This document shows, one piece after another, positions 1 to 10,177 of a DNA stretch of 64,000 nt. How positions within the stretch are numbered: position 1 is the stretch's first letter; each line of letters starts with the position of its first letter. This DNA comes from Longimicrobiales bacterium (GTDB lineage Bacteria; Gemmatimonadota; Gemmatimonadetes; Longimicrobiales; Gaopeijiaceae): positions 2,278,302 to 2,342,301 of the forward strand of contig OY730414.1 in assembly GCA_963422615.1 (NCBI GenBank), written 5' to 3'. Below the pieces are notes generated by a model that did no database searches, had not been told where the DNA came from, and saw nothing but the letters and a program-made list of their open reading frames with translations. The position numbers were made by a program, and so were the translations under genes.

Positions 1-1185
1 GATCAGGGCGTGGGTTCCCACGACAAGCCGGGCCTCCCCGGACGCCAACCTGGCCCGGGCCTCTTCGCGGCGTCGGCCGACGGCCGCGCCCACCAGGAGC
101 TCCAAGCTGACCGGAAGATCCTCCAGAAACTCCCGGATGCGGCGGGCGTGCTGCTCCGCCAGAATTCCGGTCGGGGCCATTAGGGCCGCCTGGTATCCCC
201 CCTCCAGAGCCAGGAGCATGGCAAAGAGGGCCACCAGGGTCTTCCCCGAGCCCACATCCCCCTGAAGCATGCGATTCATCCGTCCGTCCGCCGTCATGTC
301 CCCGAAGATCTCTTTGAGAACCCGGGCCTGGGCCCCGGTAAGCACAAAGGGAAGGCTTTCGTGAAGGGGCCTGATGAGGGCGTTGGTTCGAACAAAAGCG
401 ATGCCTCGGCGCGCTCGAGTCGCCCGGTGCCGGACCCGGGCCTGAAGAAGCTGAAGGAAGAACAGCTCGTCAAAGGCGAGGCGGCGGCGCGCATCTTCGA
501 CCCGGGCCAGGGAAGATGGGTGGTGAAGCGTACCCAGGGCGTCGGCCAGGTTCATGAGGCCCCGGCGACGGCGGGCGTCCCCGGTCAGGTATTCCTCTTC
601 CCCGACCTGCTTCAGGAGCCACGCCAGGTTGCGCTTCATGACTTGGCGGAACAACCACTGGGGAAGCGCCTCGGAGGCCGGGTAGATGACGAAAATCGCC
701 CCTCTCCGGCTCCCCTCCCCCCCACTTCCTTCCCCGACGTCCACAGGTCCCCTGGAAAGGAGGGTGTATTCACGGGGCTGGATCTGACGCCCGTGGAAGA
801 ACCGGACCCTGCCGGTCACCAGGATCCGGTCGCCGATCCGCAGATTGCGGCCGACCCAGGGCTGCCCGGGCCATGCGCAGGTGATGGTCCCCGTTTCGTC
901 CCGGATCACGGCCTGGAAGATGCGCAACCCCGTGCGGGTCGGCACGATGCCGGTGTTCCGCACCTCCCCGGTGGCCGTGACCTCCCGGCCCACCTCTACC
1001 TTCGCCAGCGGGGTGATCGTGGAGGCGTCGTCGTAGCGCCGGGGCACATGGTAGAGAAGATCCCGGGCGGTGAGGATTCCCATGTCGCGGAAAAATTCGG
1101 CTCGCCGGGGCCCGACCCCCTTCAGGAACTGGACGGGCTTGTCCAGCCGGGACAGGGGTCCGGGGGGCGGCTCACCGGGAGTCAA
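1..1185 (-). CDS. recG: ATP-dependent DNA helicase RecG (3' part runs off the window)
   Basis: Manual minus-strand translation (absent from the ORF track): LKGVGPRR..DLLYHVPRRYDD, LPFVLTGAQ, MNRMLQGDVGSGKT, VVGTHALI. The putative TTG start overlaps the ftsY stop. Confidence 0.95.
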   Translation of the reverse strand, partial: MTPGEPPPGPLSRLDKPVQFLKGVGPRRAEFFRDMGILTARDLLYHVPRRYDDASTITPLAKVEVGREVTATGEVRNTGIVPTRTGLRIFQAVIRDETGTITCAWPGQPWVGRNLRIGDRILVTGRVRFFHGRQIQPREYTLLSRGPVDVGEGSGGEGSRRGAIFVIYPASEALPQWLFRQVMKRNLAWLLKQVGEEEYLTGDARRRRGLMNLADALGTLHHPSSLARVEDARRRLAFDELFFLQLLQARVRHRATRARRGIAFVRTNALIRPLHESLPFVLTGAQARVLKEIFGDMTADGRMNRMLQGDVGSGKTLVALFAMLLALEGGYQAALMAPTGILAEQHARRIREFLEDLPVSLELLVGAAVGRRREEARARLASGEARLVVGTHALI

Positions 1186-2066
1186 GGGGACGCCAGCAGC
1201 CCCCGGACGAAGTCATCCGGATCGAACAGCTCCAGGTCTTCTGGCGCCTCCCCCACCCCGACGAGCTTCACGGGGATGCCCAGTTCTTCCCGGAGGGCAA
1301 CCACGATTCCCCCCCGGGCCGTGGAGTCCATCTTTGCGAGAACAATCCCCGTCACCGTCACCGACTTGCAAAACTCCCGCGCCTGGACGATCCCGTTCTG
1401 CCCGACCGTGGCGTCCAGGACCAGAAGGGTCTCATGCGGCGCCCCTTCGTTCTTCCTGCGGATCACCCGGTCCACCTTGGTCAGCTCGTTCATGAGGCCG
1501 CCATGGGTGTGCAGGCGTCCCGCGGTATCGACCAGCACGACGTCGGTGCCCCGGGCCTGGGCGGCCGCCAGGGCATCGAAGGCGACCGCCGCCGGGTCAC
1601 CCCCGCTCTGGCCGCCGACAAAGGCTGCTCCGGCGCGTTCCGCCCACTGGGCAAGCTGTTCGGCCGCGCCGGCCCGGTAGGTGTCGGCGGCGGCAACCAT
1701 CACGCGCCGGCCTCGGGAGACGAAGCGGTGGGCGATCTTTCCGACGGTGGTGGTCTTTCCGGTACCGTTGACCCCGACGACCAGGTAGACCGTGGGCGGG
1801 CGGGCCGTCGATTCCACCAGCCCCTGCCCGGCGTCTTCCGCAAAAACATCGCGGATGGACTGGGCGAGGACGCGGCGCAGGCCGGCTTCGTCGTACGACC
1901 CGTCTCGGCCGGCCGCCCTTCGGACCGCGGACACGAAGCGCGCGCTGGCGTGGACCCCGAAATCGGCCATGATGAGATGATCTTCGAGGGCTTCCAGCGC
2001 GCCGGCGTCAATCCGGCGAAAGGCCGGAAGCGCCGCCAAGACCCGTCTCCAGATGGACGAACTCAC
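1182..2066 (-). CDS. ftsY: Signal recognition particle receptor FtsY (NG domain only)
   Basis: GVNGTGKTTT, DTYRAGA, DTAGRLH, LDATVGQN, KMDSTARGG motifs. Confidence 0.96.
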   Translation of the reverse strand: MSSSIWRRVLAALPAFRRIDAGALEALEDHLIMADFGVHASARFVSAVRRAAGRDGSYDEAGLRRVLAQSIRDVFAEDAGQGLVESTARPPTVYLVVGVNGTGKTTTVGKIAHRFVSRGRRVMVAAADTYRAGAAEQLAQWAERAGAAFVGGQSGGDPAAVAFDALAAAQARGTDVVLVDTAGRLHTHGGLMNELTKVDRVIRRKNEGAPHETLLVLDATVGQNGIVQAREFCKSVTVTGIVLAKMDSTARGGIVVALREELGIPVKLVGVGEAPEDLELFDPDDFVRGLLASP

Positions 2067-4010
2067 CTACCGCAGTCCGGCTCGCCGGCGTCCGACCCAT
2101 TCGGCGCACAGCACCACCAGGATCAGAAGGTAGGGGAACGACCAAGTCCGAAACGGACGACTTCCGGCTCGGTCGGCGGCACCGCCACCCCCTCGTATCG
2201 TCAGGGCCTCCGGGTCCAGCGCCTGCTGAAGCATCTCTCCGGTAAAGGTCTCCACGTCGAATCCCCCGACCGCAGTGTCCGTCGCCATGACCACCCGGTA
2301 TTCGTAGCGTCCCGGAGGCAGGGCAGGTGTCGTGAAACGACCGTGGGCTGGAACGTCGAGAACCGAATCTACGACAAACGCTCCCGACCGCCCGGTGATC
2401 GACAGGCGGACCTCCTCTTCCTCGTACCCCCAACCCTGCCACTGGGTGGGAACGCCCCTGGGAAGCACGGCGGCGACGGGGCGGACCCCCGGGCCAGCCG
2501 CCAACGGCTCATCGGCCATCATCCAGCCCCCGACGGCGGCCCACAAGCGGCGGTAGCGCTCCCGAGGCGTTCCGTCCCGAAAGGCCCAGCGCCAGAAACC
2601 CCGGGCCAGGACCACCGCCACTCTCCGGCTCCCTTCGCTTCGGAGCAGCAGCGCGGCCCGGGCTTCGCCGGCTCCGCCCCGCCGGACCTCCAGGGCCGCA
2701 CCGCCCACCGGGTCCAATACGGGAAGCACACCCGTGAGGGGCGGAAGGTCTCCCAAGGAGAACTCGCCGGTTCCCTCGACAATGGGAGATGGAGGAAGCC
2801 GACTGGGATACCACGCGCCCGCCAGGGCCCTTCCTGCGACGACCCCGACGAGGGCCGCTCCACCACTGTCCACGGGGAACACGAGAAGCCTCCGGGTTCG
2901 GACGGTCGCCGATTCCAGCAGGGCCCCAGCGGACCCGTCCACCCCCATGGCGACCACCAGTTCGGCCCGGCCCAGCAGACGCTCCAGGGTGGCGCGGTCG
3001 ATCGTTCCATCGGGATCGGAGTCCGCGGCATCCATGGGGTGGAAGCGGTCGGGCCCGGTGCGGAGAAAGCCCCGTACCGGGAGCCCCGTCACCTGTTCCA
3101 GAACCGGGAAGAGGAAGCGGGGCTCCCAGTCGGGCGAAAAGGACACGAGAAGGATTCCCGTTCGGTCGGGGTCCACCTGGACGACCCGGATCCGCTCATC
3201 GTCCAGGGGAAAGGCATCCCGATGCTCGAGACGGGCCGACACCCTCCGAGCCCCGGCCGCCAGGGCCCCAGGGAGGGTAAACGCGGCCCCGCGAACTCCC
3301 CCGTCTTCGGGCGTCGGCAGCACGATGACCTGTTGCGGCCTGTCGTCGACCGATACGGTGACAGCCACGGAATCGACGTCCGCCTGGCCTTCCACCTCCA
3401 CCCGACCGCGGACGGGACGGCCGGGCTGGACCGAGCCCGGAAGCACGAGGCGGCTCACGCCCAGGTTCGGCGCCGCCGCTTCGACCCCCGGGTCCATGAT
3501 CAGGCTCACGCCCAGTTGCCGAGCGATGGAGGTGGTCCGGACGGGGTCCGCAATCCTCCCATCCGTGACCAAGACGATCTCCCGGGCGCCGGCTTCCGCC
3601 GCCACGCCGACGGCGTCGGCAAGGACCGACTCCACGCCCAGCGGGGACAGGGCGTCCAGGGAGTCGGGGACCACGGGTCTCACCATTCCGTCGGAAAGGA
3701 AGATGCGCGCACCCCCCGTCGCCAGCGACCGGGCCCGGGTCACAGCCAACGCCCACACCGAGTTGCCGTTGACGGTGTGAGCCGTCATGGAGGCACTCCC
3801 GTCCAGGATCACATAGCGGGATGAGGAACCGTCCCCTGCCTCCACGGGGACATTCGGGTTCCAGAGGAGGGCCAAGAGAACCGCGACCGAAAACAGCCTC
3901 CCCAGGAAAAGAAAAAGCCGCCCGGGCACCGCAAACTCCCGTCGGTAGTAGATCCAGCCGCAGAAGCCGCCGACCAGGACCAGGAAGAAGAGCGGGAGTA
4001 CCGGAATCAT
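2067..4010 (-). CDS. Membrane-anchored vWA-like/Ig-like hypothetical protein
   Basis: Two N-terminal hydrophobic helices, MIDAS-like LDGSASM and LVTDG, C-terminal TM ending AEWVGRRRAGLR; abuts ftsY. Confidence 0.65.
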   Translation of the reverse strand: MIPVLPLFFLVLVGGFCGWIYYRREFAVPGRLFLFLGRLFSVAVLLALLWNPNVPVEAGDGSSSRYVILDGSASMTAHTVNGNSVWALAVTRARSLATGGARIFLSDGMVRPVVPDSLDALSPLGVESVLADAVGVAAEAGAREIVLVTDGRIADPVRTTSIARQLGVSLIMDPGVEAAAPNLGVSRLVLPGSVQPGRPVRGRVEVEGQADVDSVAVTVSVDDRPQQVIVLPTPEDGGVRGAAFTLPGALAAGARRVSARLEHRDAFPLDDERIRVVQVDPDRTGILLVSFSPDWEPRFLFPVLEQVTGLPVRGFLRTGPDRFHPMDAADSDPDGTIDRATLERLLGRAELVVAMGVDGSAGALLESATVRTRRLLVFPVDSGGAALVGVVAGRALAGAWYPSRLPPSPIVEGTGEFSLGDLPPLTGVLPVLDPVGGAALEVRRGGAGEARAALLLRSEGSRRVAVVLARGFWRWAFRDGTPRERYRRLWAAVGGWMMADEPLAAGPGVRPVAAVLPRGVPTQWQGWGYEEEEVRLSITGRSGAFVVDSVLDVPAHGRFTTPALPPGRYEYRVVMATDTAVGGFDVETFTGEMLQQALDPEALTIRGGGGAADRAGSRPFRTWSFPYLLILVVLCAEWVGRRRAGLR

Positions 4011-4077
4011 GAGTTAGAATCGCAGGGGAAGGTCCGCCAGGACTTCGGACACCGGGGAGCTCGATCCCGGGAGCACG

Positions 4078-5382
4078 TCAGGACCCCGTATCAACCCTCC
4101 TGGGGTTCGGGCGGAACGCTCCGAATGTCTCCGGACCGGGAAGGCTGAACAACAGGGCGACCCGAGCCGTCTTTTCCCGCTCCCACCGGTCCCAGTCTTC
4201 GCCGGGGACCGGATCGCCCTGGGGCAGCTCGACCACCAGCGGGTCAATGGGACGACCGGAGCGGTGCATCTCGTAGTGAAGGTGGGGCGCGGTGGCCAGT
4301 CCCGTCATCCCTACGTAGCCGATGATTTGTCCTTGCACAACGCGGGAGCCGGGCGTGATGTTTTGGGCCCAGCCGCTCAAGTGGGCGTACCGGGTCAGGA
4401 ACCCGTTGGGATGGCGCACATCGACGACCCTTCCGTAGGTCTCGCTCCACTCCCGGCGGGCGACGATCCCACTCCCGGTTGCCTGGACCGGTGTTCCGGC
4501 ATCGGCCGCATAGTCCACCCCTCGGTGGGCCCGCCACCGGCGAAGAATCGGATGGAAGCGGCTCGGCGTGAACCGGGACGAGATGCGGCGAAACTCCAGG
4601 GGTTTCCTGAGGAAGGCGCGGCGCACCGACCTCCCTTCGAAATCGTACCACGTGCCTACCCCGTCCCCGTTGGGATCGAACCAGACGGCGTAGTACGGCC
4701 GCCCCCGATTGACGAGTTCGGCCGACAGGATATGGCCGGAATGGGTGCTCCCGTCCGACCGTCTCTGGCGCTCGAAGACGAAACGGTAGCTATCTCCGGC
4801 CCGAATCTGACGGGAGAAGTCGACTTGCCACTGAAAGACTTTGTCCAGGCGGTCGATGAGGTCGGCCCGGGATCCGGAAAGCACCCCTTCGAGCTCCTCG
4901 TGCTCCATGACCGCGTGCCAGAGACTGGCTCGGATTTCGCCTGCCACATAGAGGGTATCGACGGTGGTCGGAGCCGAAACCGTCGAAGCCACCCATCCTC
5001 CGGATTCGGAGCGGTCCAGGCGAATGGTACGGTCCCGTTCCACGATCTCCATGCCCCGGAGTCGCCCTCGTTCGCCGCGCCGACGAAAGCGGAGCTCCGT
5101 CCCGATCCTTATTTTGCGGGGATCGCCGTGCTCCTGGAAGGCAAGAAGGAGGCTGTGCCGTTCCCTTCCATCCAGTCCGGCTTCCGTCAGGACGCTCCCC
5201 AGCGTCTCCGCCGGAGACATCTTCCGGACGTCGATCCGATCCGGAGCGGGGGCATACACGCCTTCCAACGCATCCGTTTCCGGAGTCCGTTCCCGGATCT
5301 CGAATGCAAGGATCCCACCCGTGCCAGCCACCGCAACAGCGATCGGAATGGCCGGGTACAACTTCCTTTTCGGCAAGAACAT
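4078..5382 (-). CDS. M23 family peptidoglycan DD-metalloendopeptidase (MepM-like)
   Basis: HRGVD, YAHLS and PHLHYE zinc motifs; N-terminal TM segment. Confidence 0.92.
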   Translation of the reverse strand: MFLPKRKLYPAIPIAVAVAGTGGILAFEIRERTPETDALEGVYAPAPDRIDVRKMSPAETLGSVLTEAGLDGRERHSLLLAFQEHGDPRKIRIGTELRFRRRGERGRLRGMEIVERDRTIRLDRSESGGWVASTVSAPTTVDTLYVAGEIRASLWHAVMEHEELEGVLSGSRADLIDRLDKVFQWQVDFSRQIRAGDSYRFVFERQRRSDGSTHSGHILSAELVNRGRPYYAVWFDPNGDGVGTWYDFEGRSVRRAFLRKPLEFRRISSRFTPSRFHPILRRWRAHRGVDYAADAGTPVQATGSGIVARREWSETYGRVVDVRHPNGFLTRYAHLSGWAQNITPGSRVVQGQIIGYVGMTGLATAPHLHYEMHRSGRPIDPLVVELPQGDPVPGEDWDRWEREKTARVALLFSLPGPETFGAFRPNPRRVDTGS

Positions 5383-5393
5383 CTTTTTCCGGT

Positions 5394-6680
5394 TCAGGCG
5401 CTGACCCTCCGGATGAAGGTGGGCAGTTCCAGGTCTGCGACCTGCAAACGATCGCTGATCCCGGCGTCGGGTTTGTCCCCGCCGGAGGGCGGATGCGGTT
5501 CCCGGCCGCTGCTTGTCTTGGACGAGTGGGATCCTGGCGCGGTTCGAGGGCCCTCCGCAATACGCAGGTGGGGGCGGCTCGGCCCCTCCGTACCCGTTGC
5601 CCTCTGATTCGCGGACAGGGTCCGCACCGATCCTCGGACTTGGGCCCGGTTCGCGGGCGGAGAAGACGACTCCATCGTCCGGCTCGCCGGCCAGATCACG
5701 GGCTCCCGCCGACCCCCCTGGTCGTCGAATCCCGTCGCAATCAGCGTAACCCTGACCTCCCCTTCCATGGCAGAGTCCTGCACGGCTCCGAAGATGATCT
5801 CCGCTTCGTCTCCCGCTTCCTCCTGGATCATTGTGGAGATTTCCGTCACTTCGTCAATGGCCAGGTCCGTACCCCCCGTGATGTTGATCAGCACCCCCTG
5901 CGCCCCTCGAATCGAGATGTTGTCCAGGAGAGGCGAGGTGACCGCATCCTGAGCCGCACTAACCGCTCGCTTTTCGCCCCGGCCCACCCCCGTGCCCATG
6001 AGGGCGGCGCCGCAAGAGGACATGATCGTGCGCACATCGGCGAAATCGACGTTGACGTCACCGCTTACGCGAATCAGGTCACTGATCCCCTGGGTCGCGT
6101 GGAGGAGGACTTCGTCCGCCTTCTTCAGTGCATCGCTGAAGGACGTTCCCTTGCCGACGACCGCAAGCAGCCGGTCGTTGGGCACCACCACCATGGTGTC
6201 CACGGTACGGCGGAGCTCCGCCAGACCCTGTTCGGCTTGGTGCATGCGCTTCTTGCCCTCGAAGGAAAAGGGCCGGGTGACCACGGCGATGGCCAGGGCG
6301 CCCAGTTCTCGGGCCATTTCCCCGATGATCGGAGCCGCGCCCGTGCCCGTACCCCCTCCCATCCCGGCCGTGATGAAGATGAGATCGGATCCTTCCAGAA
6401 CCTGGCGCACTTCGTCCGCGTCCTCCGCGATCGCCTGGCGTCCGATCCCGGGACGGGCCCCGGCCCCCAGTCCCCGGGTCAGCTTCTTGCCCAACTGAAT
6501 CGCGTGCGGGGACTTTGATCGCTCCAAGGCCTGGGCGTCGGTGTTGGCCGAGATGAATTCAACCCCTTCCAGGTTTTCGTCGATCATGCGGTTTACGGCA
6601 TTTCCTCCTGCGCCGCCCACGCCGATCACCTTCATCAATGCGCTTCTGCGCGGGACATCGTCCAATTCAAAAATCATCAT
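5394..6680 (-). CDS. ftsZ: Cell division GTPase FtsZ
   Basis: VIGVGGAGGNAV, GGGTGTG tubulin signature, NVDFADV, C-terminal LELPTFIRR. Confidence 0.99.
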   Translation of the reverse strand: MMIFELDDVPRRSALMKVIGVGGAGGNAVNRMIDENLEGVEFISANTDAQALERSKSPHAIQLGKKLTRGLGAGARPGIGRQAIAEDADEVRQVLEGSDLIFITAGMGGGTGTGAAPIIGEMARELGALAIAVVTRPFSFEGKKRMHQAEQGLAELRRTVDTMVVVPNDRLLAVVGKGTSFSDALKKADEVLLHATQGISDLIRVSGDVNVDFADVRTIMSSCGAALMGTGVGRGEKRAVSAAQDAVTSPLLDNISIRGAQGVLINITGGTDLAIDEVTEISTMIQEEAGDEAEIIFGAVQDSAMEGEVRVTLIATGFDDQGGRREPVIWPASRTMESSSPPANRAQVRGSVRTLSANQRATGTEGPSRPHLRIAEGPRTAPGSHSSKTSSGREPHPPSGGDKPDAGISDRLQVADLELPTFIRRVSA

Positions 6681-6732
6681 TCATCTCCTTGGGAAACTTG
6701 CGTACCGGCTCCCTCGAATCCCGGTACTTGCA

Positions 6733-7962
6733 TTAGAAAAACTCCCTGAGCCACGAGCCCATGCGGGTTACTACACTGGAGGCCACGGTGGACGCGCCTT
6801 CTCCCGAATCCATGAAGTAGTCGGCGCCGTAAAGCGCGAGCCCCGAAGCCGAGGCAAAGCCGGGGCGGGCAACGGTCTTGGAAACACCGGAAAGACCCTC
6901 CCGGGGTACGCCGACCCGAACCGGCGTGGAAAAACAGCTTTGCGCCAAATCCACGATGCCGGGGATCGAAGCGGTGCCCCCGGTCAACACCAAGCCGGCA
7001 GCGAGACCGGGCCTGGGCCGAATCTCCCGCAGCTCCTGGTTGACTCGATAGAACATGCTTTCGAGACGGTCCCCCATCAGTTGGGCCACCCGGCTCCGCG
7101 CGACAGAGCGGGTGCGCCCGTTGGTCGGGCTGGGCAGTTCGATCATCTCTCGGAAGTCGACCACCCGGCAGCTGGCCGCGCCGTGGACCTCCTGGACCCG
7201 TCGGGCATCGGCGAAGGGAACCGAGAGCCCTCTGATGAGGTCGCCGGTGATGGTCCGGCCACCGAAGGGCAGAACCTGGGAGCCCCGGATCCTGCCCTCG
7301 TAGTAGACCGAGAGCCCCGTGGTGGCGCCGCCCAGGTCCACCATGGCCACGCCCAGCTCCTTTTCGTCCTCCGTGAGCACGGCCCGGGCCGACGCCAAGG
7401 GCTCCAGGATCAGGTTCTGGACCCGATACCCCCCTCTCTCCACAGTACGCATCACGGTCTCCACCATCGCCGAGGAGACCGTAATGAGGCAGAGGTCGCA
7501 CTCCAGGCGCGTGGCGATCATGCCGACGGGGTCGTTGATCCCCCGCTGGTGGTCCACGACGTAGTCCTGGGGAATGGCGTGCAGGACTTCCCGGCCCTGG
7601 GGAAGGGCAACGGCTCGCGCCACCTCATGGACCCGGTTGACATCCCGGAGGGCGATCCTTTTGCCCCTCACGGCCACGACGCCCACCGAGTGCATCGTCG
7701 CAACGTGGTCACCGGAGATCCCCACGTAGACCCGGTCAATCCGGGCCCCTGCCATCAGTTCTGCTTCCTGAACCGCGCAGCGTATGCAGGAGGTGACCTC
7801 CGCAAGGTCGGTGATCGCGCCCTTTCGCACGCCCACCGTCGGGACACACCCCGTGCCGAGAATCCTGAGCTCCGGACGGTTGAACTCATCCAGAAACTTC
7901 CCGATAACCACCCGGGTCCAGGTCGATCCGACATCCAATCCGGCGATCAGGTTCGAAATCAC
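6733..7962 (-). CDS. ftsA: Cell division protein FtsA
   Basis: GLDVGS, VDLGGATT, VLTGG, amphipathic C-terminus WLREFF; position before ftsZ. Confidence 0.97.
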   Translation of the reverse strand: MISNLIAGLDVGSTWTRVVIGKFLDEFNRPELRILGTGCVPTVGVRKGAITDLAEVTSCIRCAVQEAELMAGARIDRVYVGISGDHVATMHSVGVVAVRGKRIALRDVNRVHEVARAVALPQGREVLHAIPQDYVVDHQRGINDPVGMIATRLECDLCLITVSSAMVETVMRTVERGGYRVQNLILEPLASARAVLTEDEKELGVAMVDLGGATTGLSVYYEGRIRGSQVLPFGGRTITGDLIRGLSVPFADARRVQEVHGAASCRVVDFREMIELPSPTNGRTRSVARSRVAQLMGDRLESMFYRVNQELREIRPRPGLAAGLVLTGGTASIPGIVDLAQSCFSTPVRVGVPREGLSGVSKTVARPGFASASGLALYGADYFMDSGEGASTVASSVVTRMGSWLREFF

Positions 7963-8780
7963 GGGATCACCTCCCCCGCGGACGCCGTGGTTCTGACGAC
8001 GACTTGGTCTTCGAAGCGAAGATCGACTTCCCGGAGCGGTTGGTCCGGAAATCGCTGCAGGGCGTCATTCATGGCGACGATGGCCTCCCTGATGCGCCGT
8101 TCCGAGATGGGCGGGATGTAGCGAAGCTTGAGCGCCGAATCGCCGAGAAAAATGATCACCCGTTCCTCTGTGAGGTGCATCTCCGAGATGACGGCAAAGA
8201 CATCCGGTGCCATCTCACCCAACCGCTCTGCCTCCCGGGCCAGCACGCCAATCCCCCGGGATGGGGACGAATCCGGCTGGAGGACGCGCAAGAGGGGCAA
8301 GTCCAGCACCGGCCCGGTGGGGTCGACGGGAAGGGGGTTCCCCCCGCCATCCACGGGAATCACCAAAGGGGACGCAACCAGAGCGACGGGCGTGGCCTCT
8401 CTTACGGTAAAGATCAGTGTCGCGGGCAGACGGCGGCGAACTTCCACCGATTTCACCATGGGAAGGGCTTCGATTCCCTTCAGCCACGCCGCCTCGGCTC
8501 CCCACAGACTCGTGGTTCCGTCCACCCCTGCGGCAACCCGCACCTGGTCTTCGGTCAGGTAAGACAGCCCCCCAACCCTGACCTCGTCCACACGGAACAG
8601 GGGCAGATTGGCAAGAAAAAGCAGCCCCGCCTTCACCAGGACGGCGGCAAGAACCGTTGCAGCCACAAGGGTGGCACCGGGCACCAAGATCCTCCGCGCG
8701 AAGCGACGCCGTCTTGCCGCAAGCACACCCAATCGGGACCGTGGGGGGCCGGCGAAGGGAGAGAATCGGGGGGACGTCAC
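7959..8780 (-). CDS. ftsQ: Cell division protein FtsQ/DivIB
   Basis: TM helix, POTRA-like segment (VEVRRRLPATL), C-terminal VDLRFEDQVVV. Start placed at the GTG overlapping the murC stop. Confidence 0.88.
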   Translation of the reverse strand: MTSPRFSPFAGPPRSRLGVLAARRRRFARRILVPGATLVAATVLAAVLVKAGLLFLANLPLFRVDEVRVGGLSYLTEDQVRVAAGVDGTTSLWGAEAAWLKGIEALPMVKSVEVRRRLPATLIFTVREATPVALVASPLVIPVDGGGNPLPVDPTGPVLDLPLLRVLQPDSSPSRGIGVLAREAERLGEMAPDVFAVISEMHLTEERVIIFLGDSALKLRYIPPISERRIREAIVAMNDALQRFPDQPLREVDLRFEDQVVVRTTASAGEVIP

Positions 8781-10177
8781 CGGGAGCGCTCCTGAAGAAG
8801 GGCGAGGACCTGGGGCCCGGCGGCCGCGATGGAGCCGGCACCCATGATGACGCAGACGTCTCCCGGAGAGAGGGCTCCGGCCACCGCAGGGGCCAGGGTG
8901 GACAGTTCGGGATGGTACACGACCCGGGAAGAGGCGCTCGGGACGGCCCTCGCCACCAGTTCTCCGCTCACCCCCACCACCGGGTCCTCCCGGGCCGGGT
9001 ATACGTCCGTGATCCAGACGGCATCCGCCGCACCCAGGGCCCGCCCGAACTCCCGGGAAAAGTCCTTCGTGCGACTGTAGAGATGAGGCTGAAAGACGGC
9101 CACGAGCCGCTTTCCAGGGTTGCCGCAGCGCACGGCAGCCAGGGTGGCCGATACCTCCGTGGGGTGGTGGGCGTAGTCGTCGACAACCTTCACGCCAGCC
9201 GCACTTCCCAGCACCTCCAGCCGTCTTCGTACGCCCGAGAAGGCGGCCAGACCGGCGCGAATCCCGATCCATTCCGCCCCGAACGACCGTCCTACGCCGA
9301 TGGCCGCCAATGCGTTTCGGACGTTGTGAAGTCCCGGAGCGGAGATGCGAAAGCGTCCGGCCCGCACGCCGTCTTCCGTCACCGTGAAGGTACTTCCGGC
9401 CCCGGCGACGCGAATGTGGCTGGCCCGAAGCTGGGTACCCGCTGCCAGTCCGTAGGTGCGGGTGCGACGCCCTCCTTCCACGCCCAACCGGGAGGCCCCC
9501 GGGTCGTCCCCGCAGACCCAGAGCGTGCCCTCGAGTTCCAGACCCTCCACGAAGTGGGAAAAAGAGGCCCGGACTCCGTCCAGATCCCCGTAGGTGTCCA
9601 GGTGATCGGCCTCCAGGTTGGTGATCACGGCCACTTCCGGACGAAGCGCGTGGAAGGAACGGTCGTACTCGTCTGCTTCGACGACGAAAATGTCCGAGCT
9701 TCCCGGTCGGAGATGGCCGTTCCAGGCCGGGACTTCACCGCCCACGATGCCGGTGGGATCCAGACCGGCGTGCTCCAGGACGTGCGTCGCCATGGCCGTG
9801 GTGGTCGTTTTTCCGTGGGTACCGGCGACTCCAGCCACCCGTCCGGCGCTCACCCACTGCCCCAGGGCCTGGGCCCGCTTGATGACGGGAAGGCCCATCG
9901 CCCGGGCGGCGGCCAGCTCCGGGTGATTCGACGGGATCGCCGACGTGAACACCACCGCTCGAGCCCCAACGACGTGGGCCGGATCGTGGCCCTGGCTGAA
10001 GGCCATCCCCCGCCGGACCAGGGCCTGGGAAGCGTGGCCACTCTCCAGATCGCAGCCGGAAACCACGCCCCCGCTCCTCATGACCATCTCCGCCAGCGGC
10101 GCCATGCCCGCCCCGCCTGCCCCTATGAAATGAATGGGGCCCAGGGTCGCCAGGGCCCGGAGGCCGCCGCCGTTCAC
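8777..10177 (-). CDS. murC: UDP-N-acetylmuramate--L-alanine ligase
   Basis: HFIGAGGAGM, GTHGKTTT, EADEYD, DDYAHHPTE, FQPHLYSRT. Confidence 0.98.
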   Translation of the reverse strand: MNGGGLRALATLGPIHFIGAGGAGMAPLAEMVMRSGGVVSGCDLESGHASQALVRRGMAFSQGHDPAHVVGARAVVFTSAIPSNHPELAAARAMGLPVIKRAQALGQWVSAGRVAGVAGTHGKTTTTAMATHVLEHAGLDPTGIVGGEVPAWNGHLRPGSSDIFVVEADEYDRSFHALRPEVAVITNLEADHLDTYGDLDGVRASFSHFVEGLELEGTLWVCGDDPGASRLGVEGGRRTRTYGLAAGTQLRASHIRVAGAGSTFTVTEDGVRAGRFRISAPGLHNVRNALAAIGVGRSFGAEWIGIRAGLAAFSGVRRRLEVLGSAAGVKVVDDYAHHPTEVSATLAAVRCGNPGKRLVAVFQPHLYSRTKDFSREFGRALGAADAVWITDVYPAREDPVVGVSGELVARAVPSASSRVVYHPELSTLAPAVAGALSPGDVCVIMGAGSIAAAGPQVLALLQERSR

